This document shows, in pieces, positions 38,592-48,909 of a DNA stretch of 64,000 nucleotides. Origin of the DNA: Vampirovibrionaceae bacterium NZW_1234 (GTDB lineage Bacteria; Cyanobacteriota; Vampirovibrionia; Vampirovibrionales; JAGQHJ01). The notes beneath the pieces were generated by a model, which saw only the letters and a program-made list of their open reading frames with translations, had not been told where the DNA came from and did not search any database. A program made the position numbers and the translations under genes. Within the stretch, counting starts at the first letter, position 1; every line of letters begins with the position of its first letter. The stretch is taken from the NCBI GenBank assembly GCA_041697335.1, contig JBGUGD010000015.1:159884-223883 (forward strand). Direction: 5' to 3'.

Positions 38592-40997
38592 ATGAAGCAA
38601 TTTCGTTCTTTATTTTCTAGAACCAAGCCAAATGGCTTTAAGCCGGGGTTTACACTCTCAGAAAACCTGATGGCGACCGTCATCGTGGGTGTTGTCGCCA
38701 CCCTGACCGTGGTCACTGTCGTGTCGACCACAGGCACCAAAACCTATGAAGCCGAGAAAAAGAACACTCACAAGTGGCTTCAGGACATCTCCTCGGAAGC
38801 CAACCTGCAAGGCAAAAGCTTCGGTCCCAAACAACTGACACCGGACAAGCTCTTTCAAAACAGCCAACTGATCTCAAGTCTCACCGATGCCGGTGACCAT
38901 ATGATCGGCAAAACCCGTTGGGGACACATTAAGATTCCCAAGTCCTGGAATACACAGTTAAAGGGCGCGCTGATTGAAGCCGCCTTTGAAGACGGCAACG
39001 GCCAACTTCAAAGTTCCGGCTGCTGGCTGCTGGGAGCCAATGGTTCCGCAACCAATATTATGGGCCCCTGCACTCCTGACAATGCCGAGGAACAGTTGGC
39101 CGACAACGGCTCCGCCAGTGCCGGTCTGAATGATCCATCGGATGATACCCTGGCCGTCAACAACCCCGATGATGTCGATGAAAACCTGGTCATCCCCGAC
39201 GACATTGATTTACCCGATATTAACCCTGGTGGCGGCAGTGGAGGAACAGGTCACGTCAATGACCCTCCGGACTATGACCCGCCCGCTGGCTACATCGGTC
39301 AAACCGGCATGAATGTCAAATTCCATCTGTTTGATCAATGTAGTCAACCCATTCAAGATGCTCAAGCCACCATTCAGGTATTTGATGAAACAGGGACCAG
39401 AGTCACCCACGATGCCCAAGGTCGGCTGATTAACAACCTTCGAGGCAATATTATCAACCTGCGGCTTGAAACCGGGCTGTATACCTTCAGACCTGTCTCC
39501 TTCAAGTATAACTTTGATCCCTTCACCATGACCGTGAATCGGCCAGAAAACAACAACGACCCGGCCTATACCTTAAACCTGGATCGTCAGGGAACCACTC
39601 TGGTCCAGTTCAACCTGTCGGCAACACCGCCATTAGCCGGCATGAGCATGGGTAATCTCACGGTGACCAATACTGTCAATCATACGGCCAATGTCACCCT
39701 GCAACATACTTCCTACCGGGGCGGTATTCTTCTCCCGCTTGATAGAAACGGCGGTGGTATTTCCTTTACTTCCCATCACCCGGTATTAGGTGCCAGAGGC
39801 GCTTTTGTTCCGGCAAATACGACCTGCTCCCTTGCGCCCGTTAATGTAAGCACCTTCAACTATTCTGGGATTCAGAACGCCCTTGCCATTTCCCAAAGAG
39901 CCGCTAATATGACCACATGGGCCTATTGGGGCAGTGGCTGGGATTTAAGCAGCTGGTATGCCTTCATTTGGCAACATGACTTAACGGGTGCCGCACTCAA
40001 TTCGTGGATAAATATGCTTGCTCAGACTCTTCAAACTTCCTGGGCCGTGTTGAACCATATCATGTCCCAGGCGGTATTCGGCAGTAATATCCACCAGTTC
40101 TTTACGGCCAGTGGTCAGCAGTATGCCCTGAATCTTCAGAGCCTCCCTGCGGGGACCCGCATTTATGATGCCACTACCGGTCAACCAACTTCACTGAACT
40201 TAACCGTGGTCGGTGGCGCCCATATTGTGGCTACCAACCTGACGAATACCATCATTGTTCTGCCCGATGGCACCGCTTTGCGGCCTTTAATAGACCTCCA
40301 TTCCCCGATCAAAGTCGCCCTGAATGGGATTGATGCCAAACTCAATTCCACCGATTCCTACCTGGTGGACTTAGATGGACAAAACCGCAAAGGGCAAATG
40401 GTGGTTTACTCCAAAGGCGGCTTAAATGACAACGAAGCATGGCTGGTGATGGACCGAGCCCGAAACGGCTTTTGGGACAAACGCCAGGCCCTGGATGGCG
40501 ATGATATCTTCGGAGACCATTTGGGTAAATTCAAATCGGGCTACGAAGATCTGGGACACACCTTCAAGCACCATCTGCAAGTAGATGAGCAAGGCCGTCG
40601 GTACATTCAGCTGCACCCCTTAAGCTGGTGGGAAAAAACCTGGACCCCCGTCAGCAAAGCCTTGGGCTTGAGTGATGCGGACCCCTCCTATGACTTGAAA
40701 CTGATGAACCGCAACAAAGAAGTTATTCAAGCCTCGGATGTTCTGACAAAGCTCTATGTCGACTACAACAAGGTCGATGAATGGGATAGCAAAGGTGAAA
40801 ACTGGATTGGTCAGCGGGCTTCCGTAACCTATCGGACCGGCCAGGCAGCAACCAGCGCCGACCAATGGTTTGCCACCGTTACAGCCTACAAAATGCTGAC
40901 CCCAGAAGAGCTGGCGGAGTTCAACAAGCTTCGCAAGCATGATGAGGAAAAACAAACGGCCGACGCGGGAACAACCCCCAAGCAAGCCGACTCCTAA
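38592..40997 (+). CDS. Prepilin-like + stalk + self-processing-module-like domain (paralog 3)
   Basis: PG|FTLSE prepilin motif; C-terminal domain from HSPIKVAL (40302). Confidence 0.85.
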   Translation: MKQFRSLFSRTKPNGFKPGFTLSENLMATVIVGVVATLTVVTVVSTTGTKTYEAEKKNTHKWLQDISSEANLQGKSFGPKQLTPDKLFQNSQLISSLTDAGDHMIGKTRWGHIKIPKSWNTQLKGALIEAAFEDGNGQLQSSGCWLLGANGSATNIMGPCTPDNAEEQLADNGSASAGLNDPSDDTLAVNNPDDVDENLVIPDDIDLPDINPGGGSGGTGHVNDPPDYDPPAGYIGQTGMNVKFHLFDQCSQPIQDAQATIQVFDETGTRVTHDAQGRLINNLRGNIINLRLETGLYTFRPVSFKYNFDPFTMTVNRPENNNDPAYTLNLDRQGTTLVQFNLSATPPLAGMSMGNLTVTNTVNHTANVTLQHTSYRGGILLPLDRNGGGISFTSHHPVLGARGAFVPANTTCSLAPVNVSTFNYSGIQNALAISQRAANMTTWAYWGSGWDLSSWYAFIWQHDLTGAALNSWINMLAQTLQTSWAVLNHIMSQAVFGSNIHQFFTASGQQYALNLQSLPAGTRIYDATTGQPTSLNLTVVGGAHIVATNLTNTIIVLPDGTALRPLIDLHSPIKVALNGIDAKLNSTDSYLVDLDGQNRKGQMVVYSKGGLNDNEAWLVMDRARNGFWDKRQALDGDDIFGDHLGKFKSGYEDLGHTFKHHLQVDEQGRRYIQLHPLSWWEKTWTPVSKALGLSDADPSYDLKLMNRNKEVIQASDVLTKLYVDYNKVDEWDSKGENWIGQRASVTYRTGQAATSADQWFATVTAYKMLTPEELAEFNKLRKHDEEKQTADAGTTPKQADS

Positions 40998-41019
40998 TCT
41001 GTTCAGCATCTTATCAATA

Positions 41020-41058
41020 GTGTCAAAGGACCCTTATTCCCCAAGGGTCCTTTGACAC
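41020..41058. terminator. 16-bp stem hairpin after paralog 3
   Basis: GTGTCAAAGGACCCTT-loop-AAGGGTCCTTTGACAC. Confidence 0.7.
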
Positions 41059-41085
41059 ATGAAGTGTCTCCGCTACAATGACATT

Positions 41086-42213
41086 ATGGTAAACACACTT
41101 GATAGCAATCCGGCGTTTCTACAGCATCTGCCCAGCTATGTGCAGCAGATGGTTCCGTATCGTCCGGGCAAACCCATTGAAGAACTCAAAGAAGAATATG
41201 GCTTTGAGAAGGTCATCAAGCTGGCCTCTAACGAAAACCCTTTTGGAGCTTCCCCGAAGGCCGTTGAAGCTGCAAAAGCCTGCTTGGGCGATACCTTTCG
41301 TTATCCTGATCCGGTAAGCCGAAAGCTGCGTCGTAAAATTGCCAGCCGCCTCGGAATTACTCCCGAGGAAATTGTTGTGGCTTCCGGTAGCGAAAATCTG
41401 CTTGCAACGACGATTCGTTCCACCATGAAAAATGGCGATAAAGCCCTCGCTGGCTTTGGTGCCTTTATGGGACTCGACATTCACTTGGCGGCGCATGGGG
41501 GCACCTTGGTTAAGGTACCTTCCCCAAACCATCGTTTTGATGTGGAGGCTCTGATTGAGGCCACAACTCCAGATATTCGTATTTTGTACCTCCCCAATCC
41601 CAACAACCCTACGGGGACGTACATTACCCATGACGAGCTTAAAACGTTGCTTGCCAAAGTGCCTGCCAGCACCATTGTTTTGCTGGATGAAGCCTATATT
41701 GAGTATTGTGATGATCTGCCGGATTATCCTCGTGCCCTAACCTTGCGCCAGGACAATCTCTTAATTCTACGCACCTTCTCCAAGGCCTACGGTTTGGGAG
41801 GCTTGCGCATCGGCTACGGCATCGGGCATCCCAAACTGATTGAGCAGTTAAGCAAAGTCAAAATGACATTCGAACCCAGCCTACCCGCCCAGGTGGCAGC
41901 TGAAGCCGCTTGGGATGACTTGGCCTTCCTTACCCAGGGTATCGAAAACAACCGCCAGGAAATGAAACGCTACTATCAGACCTTCGATGAACTGGGCCTT
42001 AGCTATGTGCCCTCGGCGGGCAACTTCGTGTTTGTGGAATGTCCCTCACCCGAGTATGTCAATGCCTTAAATGAAGCCCTTTTAAAGCGCGGCATTGCGA
42101 TTCGACCTCTGGCGGCCTTTGGCTTTCCCAGTGCTGTTCGTATTACAGTGGGCTTGCCTGAAGAAAACGACGCCCTGTTTGCGGCCTTACGCGAGATTCT
42201 TCCAACTTTATGA
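41086..42213 (+). CDS. hisC: Histidinol-phosphate aminotransferase
   Basis: PYRPGKP, KLASNENP, NPNNPTG, DEAY and RTFSKAYGLGGLRIGY. Confidence 0.93.
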   Translation: MVNTLDSNPAFLQHLPSYVQQMVPYRPGKPIEELKEEYGFEKVIKLASNENPFGASPKAVEAAKACLGDTFRYPDPVSRKLRRKIASRLGITPEEIVVASGSENLLATTIRSTMKNGDKALAGFGAFMGLDIHLAAHGGTLVKVPSPNHRFDVEALIEATTPDIRILYLPNPNNPTGTYITHDELKTLLAKVPASTIVLLDEAYIEYCDDLPDYPRALTLRQDNLLILRTFSKAYGLGGLRIGYGIGHPKLIEQLSKVKMTFEPSLPAQVAAEAAWDDLAFLTQGIENNRQEMKRYYQTFDELGLSYVPSAGNFVFVECPSPEYVNALNEALLKRGIAIRPLAAFGFPSAVRITVGLPEENDALFAALREILPTL

Positions 42214-43118
42214 TGAAGGGCCATATGGCACTGGCCTTTACAACCCTTAGTTACGGCCTGTTCTATGTGGCCATGAAGATTGTTGTGGGGGAAATCACCC
42301 CCATGCAGACCTTTGGACTACGACTGCTCCTCGCCGTGCCTCTCTTTGTCCTGGTGGAGCGGACATTCTTCAAAACACCCATTCATTCGGTCCATGATGG
42401 CTTAAAAATTCTAGGCTTGGGTCTGTTAGGGATTAGCCTGGTGCAAGGCACCATTGTGTTGGGAATTAAGTACACCTCGATTTTTCATGCCGGTGTCATT
42501 ATTGGCTCAGCCCCAATTGCCGCCCTGATCCTCTCTGTTCTGGTGGGGCAGGAGACGTTTAGCCTGATGAAACTCATCGGCACGCTGGTTGCTTTTACCG
42601 GCTTGATCCTCCTATTGTCAAACCAGCACACCCAAGCCTCACTGCCTCCAACGTATCTTTGGGGCGATGCCATCATTTTTTTCAATATTCTGGCCTGGTC
42701 TTTTTACCTGATCCTGAGCCGCCCATTATTAAAAACCTATCCGGCCTTTTCGCTGACCACCTATTCGTTTCTGCTAGCCTCTTTGGCAACCTTGCCGGTA
42801 TACCTCTTCTTTAACACCCAATTGCCATGGGAAGGTTTGTCCGCCACCGGCTGGGGATGGATGGGGTTTATTGTAATTTTTGCTACGTTATTGACCTATT
42901 TCTTGAATACCTATGCGCTAAAACTGCTCCCGGCATCCACAGTATCCCTCTATGTTCAGCTTCAGCCCATTGCGACCATTGCCTTTTCGCACTGGATCCT
43001 ACAGGAAACCGTTACACTGGGTATGATCCTCAACGGATTCATCATTTGTTTGGGTGTGACCCTGGCAACCGGCGCCTATCGGCCCATCAAACAGCTATTC
43101 TTCAAATCACCTGCATAA
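42210..43118 (+). CDS. DMT/EamA-family transporter
   Basis: About 10 TM helices arranged as two EamA repeats. Confidence 0.9.
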   Translation: MMKGHMALAFTTLSYGLFYVAMKIVVGEITPMQTFGLRLLLAVPLFVLVERTFFKTPIHSVHDGLKILGLGLLGISLVQGTIVLGIKYTSIFHAGVIIGSAPIAALILSVLVGQETFSLMKLIGTLVAFTGLILLLSNQHTQASLPPTYLWGDAIIFFNILAWSFYLILSRPLLKTYPAFSLTTYSFLLASLATLPVYLFFNTQLPWEGLSATGWGWMGFIVIFATLLTYFLNTYALKLLPASTVSLYVQLQPIATIAFSHWILQETVTLGMILNGFIICLGVTLATGAYRPIKQLFFKSPA

Positions 43119-43229
43119 TATCCTGTTGTTGGCTCTTGGGGGGACATTCAGCATTAATAGCATCATTTGGATTTGAGGGGATTTTATAGGGGTAACGTGA
43201 CCAACACAGTGAGCAAAGAACCTGTTACT

Positions 43230-44327
43230 ATGCAGCCTATCAGTATTGTCCCATCCAGCTTTACGGCAAAATCCAGCTCGACACGCCCCCAGTTTCCGAT
43301 GTCAAGTTCGGCTATCCCCACGGCCTTGAATCACGATCAGGTCAGCTTTTCTGGAGGAAACAAACGGACGTATCGAACCAACGCCCTTGGGGCAGCCTTT
43401 TGGCAAGGGGATCAACCTCAAACTCTTCCTTTTGCGGAGAACCTCCGCTTGGCAGCTCGCCTCAATATTTCAGCCGAAGATTACCGGGAGTTATTTCCCA
43501 ATGGCCTGTCATCGCCTATCTTGCAGCAGATTGGGGATTGCTACCTGATGGCCGGACTCCGGGGCTTATTGGATCACCCCAAAAATGCAGCACTGATTCA
43601 GCGCATCCCGATTCAGATTCACCGTAATGCCTCGGGTCAAGCCGAACATTACACCGTGACTCTGCCCAATCAAAAGGCCAAAACCTATACGCATAAGGAA
43701 GTTACCCAGGGCGATTGTTTGGGTCACAGAGAGTTTAAACCGGCCCGGGGTCCTCTATGGGTAAAACTTATTGAGCGTGCGGTTGCAGATACGTTGAAAG
43801 ACCAACGCCAAGGCCACCCCTACTTTGCCCAATTCGGCGACTGCACTCTGCCTTATGCCATCGAAGGTATCTCGGATGAGGTATTGGCCATTGTTACCGG
43901 AGGTGAGCCTGTCTGGTTTGACTCCTTAGGACAAAATCTGGATCCGGCATGGGGACGTTGGGTCGACCCGACTCCGGAAAAAAGTCGGATGCACCTTAGC
44001 GCCCAGAACAAAAAGAGCTTTGCCCAGGGCAGCCACAGTGCAGCCCTGAAAGCCTTTCTCGACACCATCGGACACGCCCCGCAGGACTGGCTTATGTGCG
44101 CAAATACTCCGATTTCGGAATCCAATGTCGCCTTCAGCAGCAAAATTCAGGTCAACAATCAGACCTTTCAACATAACCACGCCTATTGCATCCTCAACGT
44201 CAATCCCGACAAACAGGAAGTGACATTGACCGACCCTCAATGGGACAATAAGCTGATCCATGTCAGTTATGACGATTTCTGCCAGATCTTCCAGTCGATT
44301 TCAGGCGTTCGGCTGCCGTCCGCTTAG
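43230..44327 (+). CDS. Calpain-like (peptidase C2) cysteine protease
   Basis: QQIGDCYLMA (catalytic Cys), WVKLIERA, HAY (His), LTDP at the usual NP position; Ser-rich N-terminal leader. Confidence 0.8.
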   Translation: MQPISIVPSSFTAKSSSTRPQFPMSSSAIPTALNHDQVSFSGGNKRTYRTNALGAAFWQGDQPQTLPFAENLRLAARLNISAEDYRELFPNGLSSPILQQIGDCYLMAGLRGLLDHPKNAALIQRIPIQIHRNASGQAEHYTVTLPNQKAKTYTHKEVTQGDCLGHREFKPARGPLWVKLIERAVADTLKDQRQGHPYFAQFGDCTLPYAIEGISDEVLAIVTGGEPVWFDSLGQNLDPAWGRWVDPTPEKSRMHLSAQNKKSFAQGSHSAALKAFLDTIGHAPQDWLMCANTPISESNVAFSSKIQVNNQTFQHNHAYCILNVNPDKQEVTLTDPQWDNKLIHVSYDDFCQIFQSISGVRLPSA

Positions 44328-44965
44328 GTATTTGAGGGTATTGTCGAGAGTCGAGGCAGGTCAAACGAATCGGTAACTTTGCTGTAGCTGCTGCCCGCTA
44401 AACGGGCCACCGGCTTAAGCTTGCTGGTAATGATCTTCCCGTCTTCATACACCTCGGAAGCCATATGCAGATATACGACCCGACCAATGACCAGGCTCCC
44501 GGAGCCAACCTCCTCGCCGAGGTGAACGACTTGGTGAAGAACACACTCCATATGAACAGGTGACTCTTTTACCCGGTAGGGCTTTACCTTGACACTGGGT
44601 ATGGGCGTAAGACCCGCCGCTTCAAACTCATCAACGTCGGCTGGGTATTCGGCAGCCGTCTGGTTCATCTGAGTCACAATGGATTCATTGACTACATGGA
44701 CCACAAACTCCCCAGTGGCCTCAATGTTGACCAAGGTGTCCTTTTTCTTCCCATCCGATCCACGGCGCATGGGGGCAAAGCAAATCGTCAGCGGATTGGC
44801 ACAAACGCCCATAAAGAAACTGAAGGGGGCCAGATTGGGGATCCCCTCCGGGCTTAAGGTTGAGACAAACGCAATGGGCCTTGGCAAAACACTGCCGATC
44901 AAAAGCTTATAGCGCTCCTGGTGTCCTATGGATTCAGGGTCAATGTCAATCATATCCAGGGTCAT
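44324..44965 (-). CDS. Flavin reductase-like FMN-binding protein
   Basis: YKLLIGSVLPRPIAFVST, NLAPFSFF, KDTLVNI and ARLAG. Confidence 0.93.
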   Translation of the reverse strand: MTLDMIDIDPESIGHQERYKLLIGSVLPRPIAFVSTLSPEGIPNLAPFSFFMGVCANPLTICFAPMRRGSDGKKKDTLVNIEATGEFVVHVVNESIVTQMNQTAAEYPADVDEFEAAGLTPIPSVKVKPYRVKESPVHMECVLHQVVHLGEEVGSGSLVIGRVVYLHMASEVYEDGKIITSKLKPVARLAGSSYSKVTDSFDLPRLSTIPSNT

Positions 44966-46087
44966 CTATGTCGCTGCCTCCGCCCGTGGCTTTTCCTGCC
45001 AACTCTGCCAATACGACGCCCATTCTGCGGCTTGGGCTTCCGACGTGATATGCAACGGCCGGATCGTATCGATCATGACCGCCACCTCAATGGTTTCAGT
45101 CTTGCTGTAGCTGGCTTCAATGGCTTTGGGGTGGGGCCCATGGTGGATGCCTTGAGGATGCATCGTAATCATGCCAGGCTCAATGCCGTCTCGGCTAAAG
45201 AAATCCCCACTGTGGTAGAAAATGACCTCGTCATAATCAATGTTGCGATGAAAAAACGGAACCTTCATCGCCCCAGGCTCCGACTCCAAAGGTCGTGGCA
45301 AAAAGGTACAAATGACAAAGCCATGCCCCTGCATGGTGCTATGCACACTGGGCGGCAGATGGTAGCGATGGCTCATCACCGGACGAATGTCGCGAACGTT
45401 CAGCTTCCAGACACTCAGGTCGCCTTTCCAGCCAGCAATATCAATGGGATTAAACGGGTAAAAAACCGAGGTCATTTGGTTCAAGCGCTTAATTCGGACT
45501 TCGTATTCCACCTTGCTGGTGTCGATAGGTCCCAGCTCCGGGGCCTGGATGACAGTGGCATCATAGAGGGCGTGCTTGCCCAAAAGGCCGCGATCTGGCT
45601 CGACAATGCGACTATGGCTTTCAAAGACCAGAAAGAAGGAATCTGGCTCCTCATGAAGCCAGCGATAGGTTGTCCCTTTGGGAATCACCACATAGTCACC
45701 CGCTTCATAAGCCATCACCCCAAAATCACATTCAAGTCGGCCTTTACCTCGGTGTACAAAGTAGACTTCGTCACCGTCCACATTACGGAAATACCAGTCC
45801 CGAGTCTTCTTGGGGCGAACAATCTGGACTGCCACATCTTCATTCTCCAGCATGGTAACCCGATCCAAGTCCTCGGGCAGGCTTTTGGAGGCCGGCAATT
45901 GAGTCGTATTAAAGGCATGGGGCCTCAACGGCCCTTCGATACGGGTCCAACCCGTCGGGGCATGACGATGGTAAAGGTGGGAGACTGGTCCATAAAACCC
46001 ATCGCGACCAAATTCTTCTTCAAACGTCCCTGGTGGAATATCCACATGAGCCTGTTTGCTGAACTGTCCCTTAGCCTGCAGGTGCAT
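44966..46087 (-). CDS. hmgA: Homogentisate 1,2-dioxygenase
   Basis: NVDGDE, GWKGD, HLPPSVH, PFFHRNIDYDEV.FY, HPQGIHHGPHP and EVAVMIDT. Confidence 0.93.
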   Translation of the reverse strand: MHLQAKGQFSKQAHVDIPPGTFEEEFGRDGFYGPVSHLYHRHAPTGWTRIEGPLRPHAFNTTQLPASKSLPEDLDRVTMLENEDVAVQIVRPKKTRDWYFRNVDGDEVYFVHRGKGRLECDFGVMAYEAGDYVVIPKGTTYRWLHEEPDSFFLVFESHSRIVEPDRGLLGKHALYDATVIQAPELGPIDTSKVEYEVRIKRLNQMTSVFYPFNPIDIAGWKGDLSVWKLNVRDIRPVMSHRYHLPPSVHSTMQGHGFVICTFLPRPLESEPGAMKVPFFHRNIDYDEVIFYHSGDFFSRDGIEPGMITMHPQGIHHGPHPKAIEASYSKTETIEVAVMIDTIRPLHITSEAQAAEWASYWQSWQEKPRAEAAT

Positions 46088-47129
46088 ACTTGTTTCCCTC
46101 CGGTTCCAGTCGGTTACGCTGGGCCTGTTCATGGGTGATGATGGGATTTCGCAACTTGCCCAGGCCCTCAATTTCCAGCTCCACGACATCGTTCGGCTGA
46201 ATCCACCGATCCAGCTCATAGCCACAGCCCCCACCCACGGTCCCTGAACCCAAAATATCGGAAGGGTACAAGGTCTCTTCATTGGCTACGTGGGCAATCA
46301 TCTGAGCCCATGTCCAATGGGACGTTCCGCTATTGCCATCGGACCAGACCTCGCCGTTAATTCGTGCAATCATGCGTAGATTCCGAGGATCGGGAATCTC
46401 ATCCGCCGTCACTATGTACGGCCCCACTGCCGTCGCAAAATCCTTGCCCTTGGCTGGTCCCAGACGACAGATCATTTCTTCCATCTGGATATCACGCGCA
46501 CTGAAGTCGTTTAATATGGCATAGCCAAAAATATGACCGGAAGCATCTTCTTCAGAGATATCCCGACCTTGCTTGCCAATAATACAGGCCAACTCTAACT
46601 CATAGTCCAGCTTCTGGGTATAACGCGGCCAAACCACAGGCTCATCCGGCCCAATCAGACTCCGGTGGTTGCCTTTATAGTAGACCGGTAAGCGGTACCA
46701 TTGCTCGGGAATCTGCCCCCCGCGGCGCTCATAACCGGTTTTCGTATGGGCCTCGAAAGCCAGGAAGTCTCGCAAGGAATTGGGGTTGGGCAAAGGGGTC
46801 AACAATTTCACATTACTCCGGTGAAAGACCAGGTTCTCACCATTTTCGCCCTTGAATCGGACCGCCTCTTGAAGATTCCACTCTGCTTTTACGTGATCCA
46901 GTATCGTATTGGCCTCATCCAGAGTGCGTTGCCCCCCCTCGATAAAACCACGCATGGAGGACGGAACGACCACATCGGCCAAGCGTTTGGAAAAGCCCAC
47001 CCCGTCTTTCTTCAACCACCAGGCGTAGGTGGCGTTCAGGTCCAAAATATACTCGTCGTTGGTCAATAAGGCGCCCAAGCGCTGAAAACGTCCAACCGGT
47101 GTGGCAATCTCAAAAGTGACAAGTTTCAT
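46071..47129 (-). CDS. Fumarylacetoacetate hydrolase family protein
   Basis: SLRDF.AFE.H, LDYELE, NDFSARD, KGKDF and GSGTVG; operon with hmgA. Confidence 0.93.
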   Translation of the reverse strand: MKLVTFEIATPVGRFQRLGALLTNDEYILDLNATYAWWLKKDGVGFSKRLADVVVPSSMRGFIEGGQRTLDEANTILDHVKAEWNLQEAVRFKGENGENLVFHRSNVKLLTPLPNPNSLRDFLAFEAHTKTGYERRGGQIPEQWYRLPVYYKGNHRSLIGPDEPVVWPRYTQKLDYELELACIIGKQGRDISEEDASGHIFGYAILNDFSARDIQMEEMICRLGPAKGKDFATAVGPYIVTADEIPDPRNLRMIARINGEVWSDGNSGTSHWTWAQMIAHVANEETLYPSDILGSGTVGGGCGYELDRWIQPNDVVELEIEGLGKLRNPIITHEQAQRNRLEPEGNKYAPAG

Positions 47130-47567
47130 GGGGCGATCCCTATCAATCCGTCTGATATGCAAACGCCTTTAGCAGGCTAACAGCGTTGCCGGGCTCATTA
47201 TAGGCCAATGGCCGGATATTTGCAAAACCCATCCCTTGGGCCAGATTTTCATGAAAAAGCCAGAGAGATTTACTGATGTTTTTTGGAAATAACAATCATA
47301 AAAAGCAGTGAAAGATGTCACCTGGCCGACATCCTGCCCCCATGGAAGAGACTATGATGAAAGATATCAGGGATAGACCGGGATGTATCAGAGCAGGGGG
47401 CATGGGCTATCAAGGTGCCCCCAGGCTCTTCATAAGTGTTTCTGGAGAGTTAGAGAAGTCGGGAAAACGACAAGCGCGATAGGCTTGATGTTTTCTGTTC
47501 TCTCAATCCGCTTCTATTCGCCAGCCAGGAAACATACAGGCTGGTCTTTTTCTTTTTGTCGAACACA

Positions 47568-48458
47568 TTAAGGGTTACAGTACTTGCAAAACCCGGGATC
47601 ACACTCTGACTGACCTTCTGGATAAAGAATCTCCTCAACAAAGTCACAATGGCCACACCGAAAACGATGTTTTAACGTATGATCCGTAGGTAACCCGCAG
47701 AGGGAGCACAGTAATCCGGGCACTCGAGTTTCCAGAGCCATGCCCGGGATTTGGCAGTTGGGACAAGAATGTGCCAGGTTTTTAACCAAATCCAGACAGG
47801 CTTGCTCAATAACCTGCATGCGGCTGGGATTGTACATGGCCCGCATATCGGTTTCAATACGGACTTTACCATCGGGTGCCCAGGCTTGCACTTTCTCAAA
47901 AGCGGCTTCCAACTGCTGCTGGGTAACGATGCCCTTGACAATCTGCTCAGAAAGGACCTCCACGTCATCCGAGGTCATCATAATAAGGCCATGGTCTGGA
48001 AATCCAACCTTCGTGGCAAAGGCAAGTGCTTCATCAAGTGTCTCCACGACACGGGAGGCAAAGTTGGTTTTTGTCGAAACCGCTCGCCCAACCACTTCAA
48101 TATTGTTTTGGGTATCCAACAGAACGATTAATTCTTCATCACCAGGTACAAATGGAATCATGGGATGAGGGCCAAAGGATCCTTCACTGGCAACCCCTAT
48201 CGTTTCCCCCGTAATCTCCAACGCTTTAAGGATCTTGGTTCGAGCCGTCTCTAATGGTGAGCCCTGTCGCTCAATATCTCGGCTAAAAGTGCCAAAAATA
48301 TCCGTATTCAGCCCCTCAGGCACCACGACGGATATCCCCAAACTCCGCTCAAAAATTGGGCGAACCACCGACTCCTTACCATGCATTGTCGCAAAAACAG
48401 CAACCCTGCCTTTAAAAAATGGCGTAATAATAGATTTATCAGGATTAGAATTGCTCAT
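47568..48458 (-). CDS. DUF6671-like protein with C-terminal Cys clusters
   Basis: ATMHGKE, TDIFGTFS, ASEGSFGPHP and ETDMRA..NP.RM; CPNC, CSLC, CGHC and CKYC pairs. Confidence 0.8.
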   Translation of the reverse strand: MSNSNPDKSIITPFFKGRVAVFATMHGKESVVRPIFERSLGISVVVPEGLNTDIFGTFSRDIERQGSPLETARTKILKALEITGETIGVASEGSFGPHPMIPFVPGDEELIVLLDTQNNIEVVGRAVSTKTNFASRVVETLDEALAFATKVGFPDHGLIMMTSDDVEVLSEQIVKGIVTQQQLEAAFEKVQAWAPDGKVRIETDMRAMYNPSRMQVIEQACLDLVKNLAHSCPNCQIPGMALETRVPGLLCSLCGLPTDHTLKHRFRCGHCDFVEEILYPEGQSECDPGFCKYCNP

Positions 48459-48909
48459 CGACTCTAAATTAGGCTGGTTAGTGTTGCTTCAGGACTCCAT
48501 CACATCATTACTTGGAGAAAATCATTCGTGCTGCCTAGCCTTATCATCCCACAGAAGTGACAAATCAGGCGAACTCCTATTTGAGCGCCCTTCCCTATGC
48601 TATCCAGCATATACTCCGGCACAATAGCCTCTCATTTGGCAATCACAGGGCGTCTGTCGTGGTAACAACTTGGGATTTTCGCTCCCTTGACCTCGCTTAC
48701 CACAGATTTTACTCGCCATAAAATAATTTCTCGTTATAATAAATTGCAAGAGGAGACAAATGATTCAAGTTGCACTTCACGGAAGGGTTTCCTCTGTCCC
48801 CCAATGGCTTTCCAGAAACAGCGTTTCTCTTTGCAGAGATTCTCTCAGGAAAAATGACGCTTCTAAAGCATAATCATCGGGTTATTTATTTGTTTAGGAG
48901 TATTGTTCA

